This document shows, piece after piece, positions 27,001 to 39,468 of a stretch of DNA of 64,000 nucleotides (position 1 is the first letter of the stretch; the number at the start of each line of letters is the position of its first letter). The translations under genes were made by a program, and so were the position numbers. The DNA comes from Curvularia clavata (taxonomy: Eukaryota). The notes under the pieces are model-generated. The model saw only the letters and a list, made by a program, of their open reading frames with translations, did no database searches and was not told the DNA's origin. The stretch lies in NCBI GenBank assembly GCA_023920165.1, contig CP089277.1, forward strand, positions 3,410,001 to 3,474,000, given 5' to 3'.

Positions 27001-27672
27001 AGTGCGCTTTGAACGTGTTAAAAGTCGAATTGTACGGAATGGACTGGACTGTGAATTTAGGATAGAGCTCGGGTATGTAGCCATATTGGGGGTCACCCAG
27101 AGTTGCGTTTTCCCCGTTTGGTTTTTTTATGGGGAGCACAACGTCCGCCATAGTGGTCGCGGTGCGGCTGAAGACTGCGCGCTCGGACGAGTCGAACGGA
27201 AAGATTTGCGCCTGTATAGCGACGCGAGTCTTCATGTCGCCTGAAAAGATGGCGTCGTAGTCTTCTACGACCCGGCTCCAGTTCTCTACCGAGTTATTAC
27301 CAAGGTAGTAGCGTCCAAGGGCGGCCTGTGGGGAAAGACGGTTGGCGGCTTGCTGGACGAGGATTTGCATAAGAGCCAGGTTCGAGGACAGCTGCGCGGC
27401 TTTCAGCGCAGCGGTTAATGTAAGACGAGACGAGCTATCACAAGAGTCAGCATTGAGAATCAAAGGCCCAAGGATCAGACGAAAGCATACCGTATGCCAA
27501 GTACGAAGTCATGGTTGGTGAGCTAGCCATGTCAGCAAACAGGAGGAATAACTGCAGAGTGGTAGTGTATCTATACCCATGTTGCGACTGCGATGACAGC
27601 CAGGCCTATGGTCGAGGCCAGGAGCACCAGACAGCCCAATTGCTCGCGGATGGGGACGCGCATCTTGACCAT
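24006..27672 (-). CDS. SLN1: Membrane-bound hybrid histidine kinase, group VI (Sln1/TcsB-like); 4 exons
   Basis: Two TM helices flank an extracellular domain. H-box [17 protein letters not shown]-box [12 protein letters not shown]-boxes DTGPGI and GGTGLGLSI, receiver IFMDVQMP. Introns 27523-27576, 27435-27490, 24286-24341. Confidence 0.93.
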
Positions 27673-27673
27673 G

Positions 27674-27745
27674 TCACCGGCCGGCGCAGACAGCGGATGT
27701 TGTCAAAGGCAAGGGCAAGGGCGAAGACGGTCGTGTGTATCCCAT
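27674..27745 (-). promoter_or_regulatory. Putative uORF (MGYTRPSSPLPLPLTTSAVCAGR*) in the SLN1 leader
   Basis: ATG in GGAATGG context. Its TGA ends 1 nt before the first SLN1 ATG. A TATA-like TATATA lies at about 27926-27932. Confidence 0.45.
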
Positions 27746-28670
27746 TCCTCGCAGTGCCAGAGATTGGGATGGAGATCCGGGCCGTAAGCGTGGGTTGGTA
27801 GAGGGAAAGTCGTGGTCCGGCAGAGGAAACGGCGTCGTGTAAGAGCAAAGGCAAATGCAGAGCCAATTCCAGCCGTGCAGCTAAGCCACAAGCGAAGGGA
27901 CTGAGGCTGGGCCTGTTGCACGAGGATATATAATTGGGAGCAAGCGGCGTGGGGCCGCGGGCGACGGAAGGAGAGGACGAGGAACGGTGGCAGCAGAGCA
28001 GACAGAGCAAGCAGGACGCGGCGAAGTGGCTCTGGGCATGGCGCGACGGGGGCCTGTACTGCCCAGCTAGCGGTGCTAGAGGCGCTGACCGTTGCGTCTT
28101 CGCTTGCAGGACAATACGGGACGAGTGGACGAGGCCAAGGCTGGCAAGAGGCGCCTGGGCTGACTGGCAGTACAGCCGGAAAAGGGCGGACGAGGGCCCC
28201 GATACAGCGAGCCCGGCGGGAGTTGTTTTGCTGGCGCAGAGAGCCGACCTGTCATGTCGCGAGTATTCATTCAGCTATGCATTCATCAGCAAAAGGCATG
28301 TCTGGGAGCGACTCGCTTGGCGTGGCGGCGACGGTCTGGCCTCTGGCCCTGGTCGACGGGATCGGGAGATGGGCTCCAGTTGCTGCGATTCCCAGCCCCG
28401 GCCCTTGACTAGCTGCTCCAAAAAAAAAACAACAAACCTGGAAATCCGTCTGTGTCATTGCCATACCATGCCATAGCCGTGCCATGGTAATGTCCAACAG
28501 CTAGAGAAAGACTGTCATGCGAATCAATCGGTCCGCCCCGCTGTCTGTTTTGGCGCTAGTCACGTCCCCCATTGTAAATCCCATCGGGCGTCTTGGCCCT
28601 CACTCCACATAGCACCATTCCTCACTCCATATAACCCCATTTCTCCACAACACCTCAACATCAGCCATCC

Positions 28671-29465
28671 TCAACCACCGCCTCGCCCGTTGCTGTAGAG
28701 CTTGCCCATGCGCCGAAAAAAACTCATCACCACCGCAATACCACACACGACTCTATCGCGGCCTTCGCGACCGAGCCCTATCAAGCCATTGTCAAACATC
28801 TCCAGCACACCCACTTCTTCTCCCTTGCGCGCCCGCATCCCCAGGCTAGAAAATGTAAATCGCGCAACCGCCGTGTCATCATGGCTGTCTTCCATCTCGC
28901 CCAGCACGAGCGCGACAACTGGCCCTCTCTGCAGCCTCCACACCAGCGTCCTGCCCCCACCCATACTAACCCTCCAGTCTGCGAACCTCTCTGCCTCCAT
29001 GTGGTATTGTGAGCTCAATCCATCGTCACCCGTGCACTCGAAATGCGCGCGCGGCCGCCATGGAAACCCGCCGCCGTTATCAAACCAGATGCCCGCCATG
29101 CAAATCACCTGCGAGCCCGGCAGCGTCTGCAGCACCTCCAAGTCTGGCTTCTTGGATGACGAAGACAGTGAGATGCGGAACCGGCTGTTGGTGGTGATGT
29201 GGTAGGTCGGACAGGCCCGCGCATCATCATGATCGTCCTGTTCCAATACCTCCAGCGTCTGTGTCCTGCGATCACACTGCCAGAGTTTGTACCGCACGCA
29301 GCGTCCAGTGTATGCGATATTATTGCTATTGCCGTTACCTTCGTCGTCGTAGTCTGGTACTACCGGCAGTGGCAGTGAACTCGCCTCCTCGTAGCCCGGA
29401 AGCGCATCGTCCTCATCATCCTGACTCTCATCCCCACTTATCCCATGCAGCTGCCTGCTCGTCAT
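28671..29465 (-). CDS. Hypothetical protein with an acidic N-terminus carrying PY-like motifs
   Basis: Long uninterrupted ORF whose first ATG is at 29465. LPGY and VPDY motifs precede a globular-looking, beta-rich region. Confidence 0.7.
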   Translation of the reverse strand: MTSRQLHGISGDESQDDEDDALPGYEEASSLPLPVVPDYDDEGNGNSNNIAYTGRCVRYKLWQCDRRTQTLEVLEQDDHDDARACPTYHITTNSRFRISLSSSSKKPDLEVLQTLPGSQVICMAGIWFDNGGGFPWRPRAHFECTGDDGLSSQYHMEAERFADWRVSMGGGRTLVWRLQRGPVVALVLGEMEDSHDDTAVARFTFSSLGMRARKGEEVGVLEMFDNGLIGLGREGRDRVVCGIAVVMSFFRRMGKLYSNGRGGG

Positions 29466-30277
29466 GCTGACTCTTTGCTGATATCCGACCCTCTTACATA
29501 AGTCCAACAAAAAATGCCTAAGATGACTCTGCGTGTGTGTTTGTGTTGCCAATGTAAGCAACCAGAGGTCTTCCGTGTCGCATATTAAAGTCGTTCATAT
29601 GTGCCATGTCGCGAGGCCGAACTGCCTTGTATGGATAGATGTCCAAGTGCCAAGCCATGACGAGAGAACTAGCCTATATAGACTCTGTTACGATGCGCCA
29701 TGTTTAGTCATCGCGCTTACACGCGTGTATAAGTCGCGTGACTCCTGCAGTCGAGCCAAGTCTGGGCACGTGAAAAGACTACCGCGGAGCATCTGGTCGT
29801 GCAACTATCTCGGGAACGAACAAAGTTTCTTCCGTGATATTCCGGACGAAAGGAAAAATGCCGAGATGGAAGCAGAGTAGTAGAGTCTTTCATGATAGCA
29901 AGTAAAACATATTATCAAAGCAAGTGGAGAGAAGAAACTAAAGTGGGGAATCATCAACGGAATACCTACATACCCTATCTACCCTCTAAACATACCTTAT
30001 TAAACAATCAAATACACACACATCCAACGTACATGACATCCGCCATAATCGCAAAAAAAGAAGTAAAGAAAAACCGCCTTGATCATCTAAGATCGGGTAT
30101 CAAAACACTAAACTACGTCACAGGTAGAAAACCAAACAAAGAAAAAGGAGGGTAAAAACCCCGTCCGACCACTCCACATGCCGAGAGACCGAAGACGAAA
30201 AAAAAGTTAAAAGAAAAGAGAACAAGATCCACAACCTCGCACGTCCTACCCTAACTCACTGCAGATAGACACACCTA

Positions 30278-33200
30278 CTACTTCATACCGAACAAGAACC
30301 TCAACTCCCTAACATTCAGCCTCGTCAAATTCTTGCCCTCCTTCTCATCCAGCGCTGCGCCAATCATCTCACGCTTATTATCCTGCAACTTGGTGATACG
30401 ATCCTCGACGGTATCCGGCACGAGGACTCTATGCACAAACACCTCCCTCGTCTGCGGCATGCGATGAGCACGGTCGACAGCCTGGTCCTCGATAAAGGGG
30501 TTCCAGAAGGGATCGAGGATAATAACCTGGGATGCTTTCCACAGGTTGAGCCCGGCATTGCCTGCTTTGAGGGAGACGAGCATGACGTTTTGAGTGGGTT
30601 CGTGCATAAAAGCGTTTACGGCGTCGGCGCGAGCATCCATTTTCATGCTGCCGTCGTAGCGCTGGTAGGGGATATGCTCGCGGTTGAGGGGCACTTCGAC
30701 GAGGTCGAGGAGCGAGGTGAATTGCGAGAAGACGAGGGTTTTCTCCGTGGGGTCTTTGGCGCGGATATCCTTGATGAGCTCGATGGTGCGGTCGATCTTG
30801 GCAGAGGGAATGTACGTCTTGGCTAGACGGCGGATGTAGCGCTTTTTGGCGGCTTTGCTGCGAAGTGACTCTTTCTTCAGCTGGGCTAGAGTCACCTTGG
30901 GCTTGGCTCGTGCCTTGCCTTTGCCTTTGCCTTTGCCGCGCTTCTTTGACTTTTTGGCTTTGGACTTTGCTTTGGACCCAGAAGAAGTATCATCCCCAGC
31001 CTCACCATCTTCTTCGCCGCCGTCGTCGTCGTCGTCGACAACAAACCCGGCCAGATTGCCCTTCTTGTCAACGTCATCTCCATTTTCAGAATCCGAGACC
31101 TCAGAATCAGAATCGGAATCGGAATCCTCAGCCTCGTCCTCCAAGTCAGACGATCCGAGCCGCTCACGACAGTGGACCTTGCAAAAGTGCTTGAAGTCGG
31201 TGATCAACTTGGCCCTCAGATCGCCACGGCACTGCGGACACTTGGGTGTGCTCGTCTCGTCGTTGACTTCCTGGGCTGTTCGCATCGTAGGATCAATGAG
31301 CTTCTGAACGCATACGCCACAGACCGTGTGTCCGCATGGAATGATGATAGTTGGATTGGGATCGGCTTCGAAACAAATCGGGCACTCGAACGAGTCTTGT
31401 TCCTTTAACCGCATAACGACGTCCACATTCAGATCCTCTGCTCGGGTTAAGAGGTCATCTTCAGCAATACCCTCCGTTGCTGGCTGGCTAAGATCTTTGA
31501 TCAGCTGTGGATGGCAGCAGACCTGACGCAGTCGAAGTAAGAGTACTAGGACGCTTGCGTAGTTTTCTAGAGTTTGTTAGTGAAAGTGACAACATAGGCT
31601 AGAAGCAAACTCACCCGAAATGGCGTTTGCTTCAATGTACTGCGCCATCTGCGCCTGCGACTTCGCCTCCAAAGCATTATACAGTCCACGTTCGTCTTCG
31701 CTAAACTCGACATTATCGACAACGGTATGCTTGGGTGGGATCTTTGAGATTGGCTGGCCGTCCACTTTGGCATCCTTTTGCCTCCGCAGCATGAGAGACG
31801 CAAGCAGAATCCGGACGCGGTCCATTCCTTGACGCCTCGAGTATAGAGCTTTGATGGGCTGGGAGAGGTCAGTCATTGTCAACAGCAGAGTAATGTGATT
31901 TGTCACTTACCTTCACAATATCGTCATTGAACTTGGTCCACACGCAGTACGGCTTGACTTTGAGGAACCGAATCAACGGAAATAGCTCAGCAATGTTGTT
32001 CATCATGGGCGTGCCAGTCATGCACAAACGGTGTTTGGCCTGAAGATCCGCGCAAGCCTTCGATGCTTTGCCATTACGGTTCTTGATGTTGTGGGCCTCG
32101 TCGATGATGATCCGGTACCACATACACTCAGGTCCCAGCAATGCAAGCTTGTCCCTAGGCTTGCGGCGTATAGAAGAATCCTGTGCTTCCTCTTCGAGCA
32201 TCATCGACTCCTTTCGATTCTCCTTTTGCTTGTATTCCCAGGTGAGTGATCCAAAAGTTGTCAGCACAACGTCGTACTGGCGAAGCTGGGCAAATTCGAC
32301 ATTCTTGCCAGTGCCATGGTAGAGGTAGACGCTGTACTTGTGACGGGGATCAATATGGCGTTCAATTTCCTTTTCCCACTGCCGCATGAGAGCCACAGGC
32401 GCGATGATAAGAGTGGTTTTACACGTGGGGTCATTGGATGGATTTGCGCACATGAGCGAAAGCGCTTGCACCTAAGAATGTTTGTCAGCAACAGATCAAC
32501 CCGGTTGACCAGTCGGCGGTTATCAGCATAGAGAAGGGGACAAAATCCGAATAACTTACCGTCTTTCCTAATCCCATGTCATCAGCCAAGATTCCACCTT
32601 TACTATTACCACGTTCCATTTTGAGCAGCCAAGACAGGCCGATTCGCTGGTACTCTTTGAGTGTGCACGTCATGATGGCGGGCGTAGGTGCTCGCTCCTC
32701 AGCCTTCTCTCCATCCCCCTTGAAGTTCTCGAGCAGCTTCTCTATGGCTTGAGCCTCCTCGGCAGGAGGGATGTAGGGGCTGCCGTAATCGTCAGCATCG
32801 CTGTCTGGTCCCCAGAAATGAGGTCTTCTGGGAATTCCCAGCCCTCCCCAGCCAGGAGGCCCTATGACGTTAGCCGCAGTAGCCAGCTCAGAAAAATCAT
32901 ATGGCTGCGATTGGTATCCATAGCCACTGCCTGGTGGATAGGGATCCATGAACGCAGCTAGCTCTGCTTCCGACATATAGTTCATGTTGAGATTGTTATT
33001 CAGTACGGAATGGCCGTTCGCAAACTCTCCCGTAAAAGCATTGTGCAATTCTTGAAAGGGATCCAAGTATGCCTGACCCTGTGCAGTCTGGTTCTGTGTA
33101 ATATGATCCTTTGCACGCAGCTGAGGAGATCGCATAGGGGTAGGCGGGTCAGATTTCGTGAGATCTATGAAAGCTTGTTGCACAGGGTGTGACTGTCGAC

Positions 33201-33537
33201 GAGGCAGTGACTGCGACCACTGGTTCTGAAAAGGGGCTGCGTTATTTGGACTTGGCTGCCTGCTGCGTTTCGCCTCAGGAAGGTTGGTCGCCTCCAGGTT
33301 CCGCTTCAGAGTGCTCGATGGCACGACCGAAGGTGTGATTGGTCTACTTTGTCCTTCATAGGACAAGGGGGATTCAGATTCAAGCGCCTCCTCTTGCTGA
33401 TGCTTTTCGAGCTGGTTGTACATTTCCTGCAGCCGCTGCTCGTAATACGGCCTGTTGATGTCATCAATAGTGGGGAGCATCGCCCTCATCATGTCAATAT
33501 GGTCCTGCAGATCCTCAGGGTCATCTAGAAGGCTCAT
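30278..33537 (-). CDS. SNF2-family helicase/ATPase with an embedded RING finger (Ris1/Uls1, Rad5/16-like); 4 exons
   Basis: [68 protein letters not shown] and QAVDRAHRM. Introns 32472-32559, about 31858-31910, and about 31567-31614. Confidence 0.93.
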
Positions 33538-35067
33538 CTTGACCAAGGCTGACTAGTTACAGTGGCACACCGACCAGGGAAATGTGACGAGGTTGAAAGT
33601 CGAAGTGAAGTATGGGGGTTAGGGGTTTGCGTTAGATGTGTGTGAGGAGGGGCGGATCTTATAATAGGCAAAGGCGGGGAAAACGGAAGGAGGATGAAGG
33701 AGTGGTGAAGAGTCAAACTTGTGTGTGGTCGATTCACCGCAAGGCTCCAGGCGGCTATCAGGCTACAACGTGGCCGGCTGAGGAGTGAGAGCAGCCCTGG
33801 GAGGCAATTCTGGTGGTCTGGCACGACGCGTTGCGCGGTGGTTTCCTCGGGGATTTTCTTGTGCAAAGAGGGTTGGCGAACCCCCGGTATCCTCCCAAAC
33901 GGCACACTGACGAAAAGAGAAACAAAAGGACGATGAGAGAAGAAACAAACAAAGCAGGCGATTCTAATCTAATGCCGCAGTCTTGCGGTCCGTTTGTGCG
34001 GAGGGAGGACGAAAGGCTACGTTACTGATAGGGCGCGGCCTCTGTCGCGTCGTCCATTATCGATAGCTGACCCCAGTAGGCCCGGGGCTGAACGTCATCA
34101 GGTGCTTGGGTAGCAGCGCATCCGTAATCCGACAAAAGTAATCATTTGTGATGCGCAAAATACAGAAGGGAGACTGCGATAGGACACGCAGCACGGCGCC
34201 AGGCCTTATGCTGACACAGCTATTGGTAAGGCGGACGGCTGAGAATATTTGTTCTGTAACTGCGCCCTCCGGTGAAGGGCCTGTTTGGTTGCCCGTTCGA
34301 GTTGCTAACCGGTTACAGAAACTGCAGCTGAAACTGAGGCTTTCACCGAACAGGCCGACAAGGGAAATACGCCAAAATAGGCTTGGCACCCTGTGCAACA
34401 TGTACAACGACGTCACGCGAAGTAGACGGAGAATCTCTAACTCAATGTCTCGAATGGGCAATGTATCACACACTTCTAGGAACTGCTTTTCAATGCTAAA
34501 ATGCATTCGCAATAGGAAAAAAAAAAGGCCATGTATATGTATATATGCATCATGATACTATCCACAAAGTAACACCAAACCTGTCACATAGACTTCACCT
34601 CTTTCAAGTCTGGTCTTTGAAAACAAATAAACACAGCCAAGGTATTCCGAAAGACCACGCTTGACAACGAACCCCGTCAAATCAAACTCCCGAAAAGAAT
34701 ACATGAACAAACTAACGCCAGAATATGCAAGAAAATCTCTCAGAGCAAAGTGTCATGTGAGTCGCAGCAAAACGGGCTCCAACAGAGCAGAAACGCCAAC
34801 CGAAAGAAAAGCTCACTAGCCAAGGTTTGTGAAAACAACACGACCGATTTCTGGTTCCGTTCTAGGCCCAGTTCTCTCTCTAACAGCACCGTCGCCTCCA
34901 AAGTCGCAATATCGATGACCGATGGTACGATGCGTTGTTGGTGCGGGAACGATGTTCCTCGTCGAGAGTAGTCGAAATCATTGTTGATGTTCGGCGTGAT
35001 TCAGCCGGGAAAGGGCTCGAATGCGTAACTAATCAAGCCTTCTCCTCTTCCTTTAGGTTACACAAAC

Positions 35068-38000
35068 TCAGCTACTGTGGCTCCGCAGCAAAAGCTACAA
35101 TATAATATTAGGGTCAATTACTCACAAACTAGCGGACAAGGAACGTACTCTCTCGACACTGCCATTATCCGTCTGGTCCACCGCCAACAGGTTGGGGCTA
35201 TCAGCACCCGCACCCCGGTCCGTGAAGCCACGCGCTTCGAGTTGTGGTCGCTTCTTCGGGCTCGTTGTCGACGATGAAGACGGCGCTCCAGCGTTGGCTT
35301 GGTCCTTGTTGTTACCTGGAAGCTCCAGGTTTGGAATGTGTGATGGTGCTGTGTACCGTGGTTCACTGGTGTGGTCGTAGATTGTGCTTCCTACTGTGGC
35401 ACAGCGTAGGATGGTCTGGATAAGCTGGTTCTGACGAAGGGGCTTGGAGAGATAGTCCTATTACTGAGTCAGTATCGAAAATGGACGCAGACACCACACC
35501 AACTTACGTCCATCTGGGCTGCAAGACACTTCTCACGATCGCCAACCATTGCGTGTGCTGTGAGGGCAATGACTGGTGTGGATGGGATACCGTTCTCCCG
35601 TTCCCACTCACGGATCTTGGCCGTAGCCTCGAAACCACCCTGGTACCGTGTTAGTTATAGTTCTCAAGCCATATACTAGTTCAACCTACCATGACCGGCA
35701 TTTGCACATCCATGAGCACGCAGTCGTAGCGCTTCTTCTGGATGTGCTCAAAGGCCTCGAGACCGTTGTTGGCTACAGTAACCCTATGGTGGTACTTCTC
35801 CAAGATCCTGACAGCAAGCTTTTGGTTGACAGCATTGTCTTCAGCCAACAGAATTTGGAATGACTTGGAGTGATCTGAAACAAGAGGAGCGGCACGCCCG
35901 TCCAGCGCTGGAATGAGCGCATTGCCCAAATCAATCGGCAGACAAGGTGTTGTCATGTAGCTAGAAATACCGTTTTCAAGTGCAGAGCGGAGGCTTATGC
36001 ACACATGTGGCGTAAGCATGACAAGAGGAATGTACTTGAAGCGTTCGGCAATCCTGAGCTCCCTTGCCGTCTTGTCATTGTCAACGATTACGCAATCGTA
36101 GGGCATGTCGGCTCTCTTTGTAGTCTCAGGCACCTCTTCGACCGAGTTAACGACCATGGGTACAAGGTCAAGAGCCTTGAGGTGCTCGATGATCTGCTCT
36201 GAGAAGCCGGTATTGCCTTGGTCTACGAATAGCACCGTATGCTGCTTGTACGCGACGAGCTGGGGCTGGATAGCGGTAATCTCCGGCTTGCCGAGACGTA
36301 CTCGGCATGTGAAGTAGAACACACTGCCCTTGCCAAAGTCAGATTCGACCCACATCCGGCCGCCCATCAAAGTGACGAGACGCTTAGAGATGGATAATCC
36401 AAGACCAGTACCGCCAAATTTCCTTGTCGTCGAGCCATCTGCCTGCTGGAACGTGTCGAAGATGAGGTTGAGCTTATCACCGCGAATTCCAATTCCAGTG
36501 TCGGAGACAGCAAACTGGAAGACGTAGTGGTCAGGCCCGCAGTCTTGCTCTGCTGCCATGGATATGGCGACCTTGACCTCTCCGTGCTCAGTGAACTTGA
36601 TGGCGTTACCGACGAGATTGAGAATAATCTGCCTCAACCTGAACGAATCACCCACAACATAGTCGGGCACTGTGTAGGAAACGTCGTAAGCCAGGTTCAG
36701 CTTGCGCTCGTTGGCCCTCGACGCTAATGACTTGAGTGCGTTGAAGATGGTACCGCGCATTGAGAATGGAATCTCCTCCATGACCATGCGGTTTGCCTCA
36801 ATCTTGGAGATATCCAGTATGTCGTCTATGATGGTGAGTAACTGACCAGCGAGGTTATGCACGATGGTCAACATCTCTCGTTGGGCGTGAGTAAGGTCCG
36901 TGTCTAGCGTAAGCTGCGTCATACCAATGATACCGTTCATGGGCGTTCGAATCTCGTGAGACATGTTGGCCAGGAACTCGGACTTGGTCTTGTTGGCCAA
37001 CTCGGCGGCTTCCCTGGCGGCTGTGTTCCTCTGGATACTTTCCCGCAAACTGGAAACCATCTGGTTGATCTTCCTCTTCAGCTCATCCATTTCACCAGAT
37101 GCTTCGACGGTGATTTGAGTGAACTTGCCCTCCATTGCAGCGTTGGTGATGTCACCAAAAGCGCGCACCTGAGACGTAAGATTTTGTGCCATGGTGTTGA
37201 CGTCGGTGGTGATCTCTTTCCAGCGTCCGTCAATGTCGCGTACATCGGCCTGGCCGCCCATCTTGCCGTCCACACCCACGTCGCGGGCTACACGCTTCAC
37301 GGCAAGAGACCATTCATCCAGTCTCATAACCATGTCGTTGACGGTGTCCTTGAGCAACCGGATTTCACCCTCGGCGTCGACGTGTACACGTCGGCTCATG
37401 TCACCCTTGGCGATTGCTTGTGTGACCTCCGAGATACTGCGCACCTGTAATGTCAGATTCTGGGCCATGGTGTTGACATTGTTGGTCAGATCCTTCCATT
37501 TGCCTTCGACATTGTCGACTTGGGCCTGGCCGCCCAGGATTCCGTCTGTTCCGACCTCGCGGGCAACCTTGCTGACTTCTTGTGCGAATGTGTTCAAACG
37601 GTCCACCATGGTATTGATGGTAATCTTCAGCGACAGAATCTCACCCTGTACTTCGGCCTTGACCTTTCTGCTGAGATCTCCTCGCGCCACAGCTGTTGTA
37701 ACCTCGGCAATCTCACGCACTTGGGTTGTCAGATTCATGGCCATACCGTTCACATTCTCGGTAAGGTCTTTCCAGGTACCCTCAACACCGTGCACAGTAG
37801 CCTGGCCGCCGAGTCGACCCTCGGATCCTACCTCTCTTGCTATCTTGGTGACTTCGTGTGCGAACTGTTGAAGCTGGTCCACCATGCGGTTGATTGTGTT
37901 CTTGAGTTCGAGAATCTCACCCTTGCATTGGGCTTCGACCTTGCGGGTGAGGTTTCCTTGGGCGACAGCCGTCGTGACCTGAGCAATGTCTCGCACCTGG

Positions 38001-39410
38001 GTCGTGAGATTTTGAGCCATGGCGTTGACGTTAACTGTGAGTTCGTTCCACATGCCCTTGACACCAGCGATCTCAGCCTGACCACCGAGCTTGCCTTCAG
38101 TACCGACGTCCCTAGCCACCTTTGTGACCTCGGTTGCAAAAGACTGCAGTTGATCCACCATGGTGTTGATGGTCTGCTGCAGTTGGAGGATTTCTCCTCG
38201 GGCCGGTCGCTCAATTTTACGGCTCAGATCGCCATGAGCGACAGCAGTCGTAACCACGGCGATCTCTCGCACCTGTTCGGTAAGATTATTGGCCATCATA
38301 TTGACTACGCGACATGTTAGTATCGGGCCGATTGGGGGAAACACGAATCACGACGTACCACTGTCCGTCAGCTCAGCCCAAATACCAGCAACTCCTGGTA
38401 GATTTGCTTGGCCGCCCAATCTGCCCTCAGTACCGACCTCACGAGCAAGGAACGTGACCTGACTGGCAAACTCCTGCAGTTGGTCTACCATGGTATTGAT
38501 TGTGCGCTTGAAGAGGGTAATTTCAGGGTCCATTTCCTTGGCGTGGATGAGGACCTTTTTGCTCAAATCTCCCATAGCGACGGCTGTTACGATGGCACCA
38601 ATTTCGCGCAATGCCTTTTGGAAAGCCAGGTTGGCTGGAGGATTGTTAGTTGTCGTGTTGCCACATGATTTACAGGAGACTAAGTGGAAGCCTACCTTGC
38701 TGGTGCTTGCCGAGTTCTCGTTTCAGTGCGCCAATGTCCTCGATGCCATGTTCGAATACCATGCTCTGTGTCGTCAGTTGCTTGTTCACTTCCCGGCTCA
38801 GGTTATCTAGGCAGTGTCAGTGTCAAGTTCCCAGGTGTATGCGATATTCATGTATCAACATCATCAGAGTGAGTGCATTGTTCGTACCGATGTGCTCGCG
38901 CTGGTTCCTGATCTGATCGGCCTGTTGGTTCAAGTGTACGCGCAGGTAGTTGAGCTGCTCCTCGGTGAGGGCTGCGGCAGGCTCCTCGGTGCTGCCATTT
39001 GATTCCTTTGCAGCGAGCCAGTTGGAGACCCAGATGGCGCGCTCTTTGTTGGATCCGCGGCGGGCTTGGCCAGGCGGAGCACTGCTGTTGCGGATGGCAC
39101 CCGCGGGTGTGTAGAGGACGCCATCCTCGGGGGCCTCTTGTGCGGGCGTCAGAGGGAACTGGCCCGGCTTTGCGGCGGCTTGGCTGCACTTTTGCTCGAG
39201 GAAGTCTATGCGGGAGCACAGTGCGGCCAGCTCTTGTTCTAGTTGTGTCTTTTCTTCGCTGTCGGGGCCTGGGAGGGCGATGGCGTTGGCGGCAGTCTTT
39301 GCGCCATTTGCCGAGACTTGTGCGCTGAAGCTGGCGTCTCGCTCGGGATCGTGTTGGCGGGCGAGGTTGCGGATGATGGCTGCGACGCCCGAGTATGTCT
39401 CTGCAGCCAT
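35068..39410 (-). CDS. NIK1: Group III hybrid histidine kinase Nik1/Os-1 (poly-HAMP; dicarboximide/phenylpyrrole sensitivity determinant); 7 exons
   Basis: Five full ~92-aa HAMP repeats plus a truncated sixth. H-box [35 protein letters not shown] and receiver VLMDVQMP. A terminal 27-nt exon at 35068-35094 encodes LLLRSHSS*. Confidence 0.97.
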
Positions 39411-39456
39411 GGTGGTGGCGGCTGGGTGGAGGGGGGTGAGACGGGTGAAGGGAGTG

Positions 39457-39468
39457 CTATGTGCGCAT
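39457..39468 (-). promoter_or_regulatory. Minimal uORF ATG CGC ACA TAG (MRT*) in the NIK1 leader
   Basis: Read directly. It ends 46 nt before the NIK1 ATG and has a weak start context. Confidence 0.4.

Noticed and set aside
34057..34555. Overlapping 151- and 135-aa ORFs on opposite strands
   Set aside because: No recognisable domain or splice support; they lie between the NIK1 3' end and the SNF2 promoter.
36956..38320. Long plus-strand ORFs (164-266 aa) over NIK1
   Set aside because: Antisense shadows of the codon-biased HAMP repeats.
30278..39410. Pseudogene calls for the fragmented SNF2 and NIK1 ORFs
   Set aside because: All breaks are explained by canonical introns that restore the reading frame.
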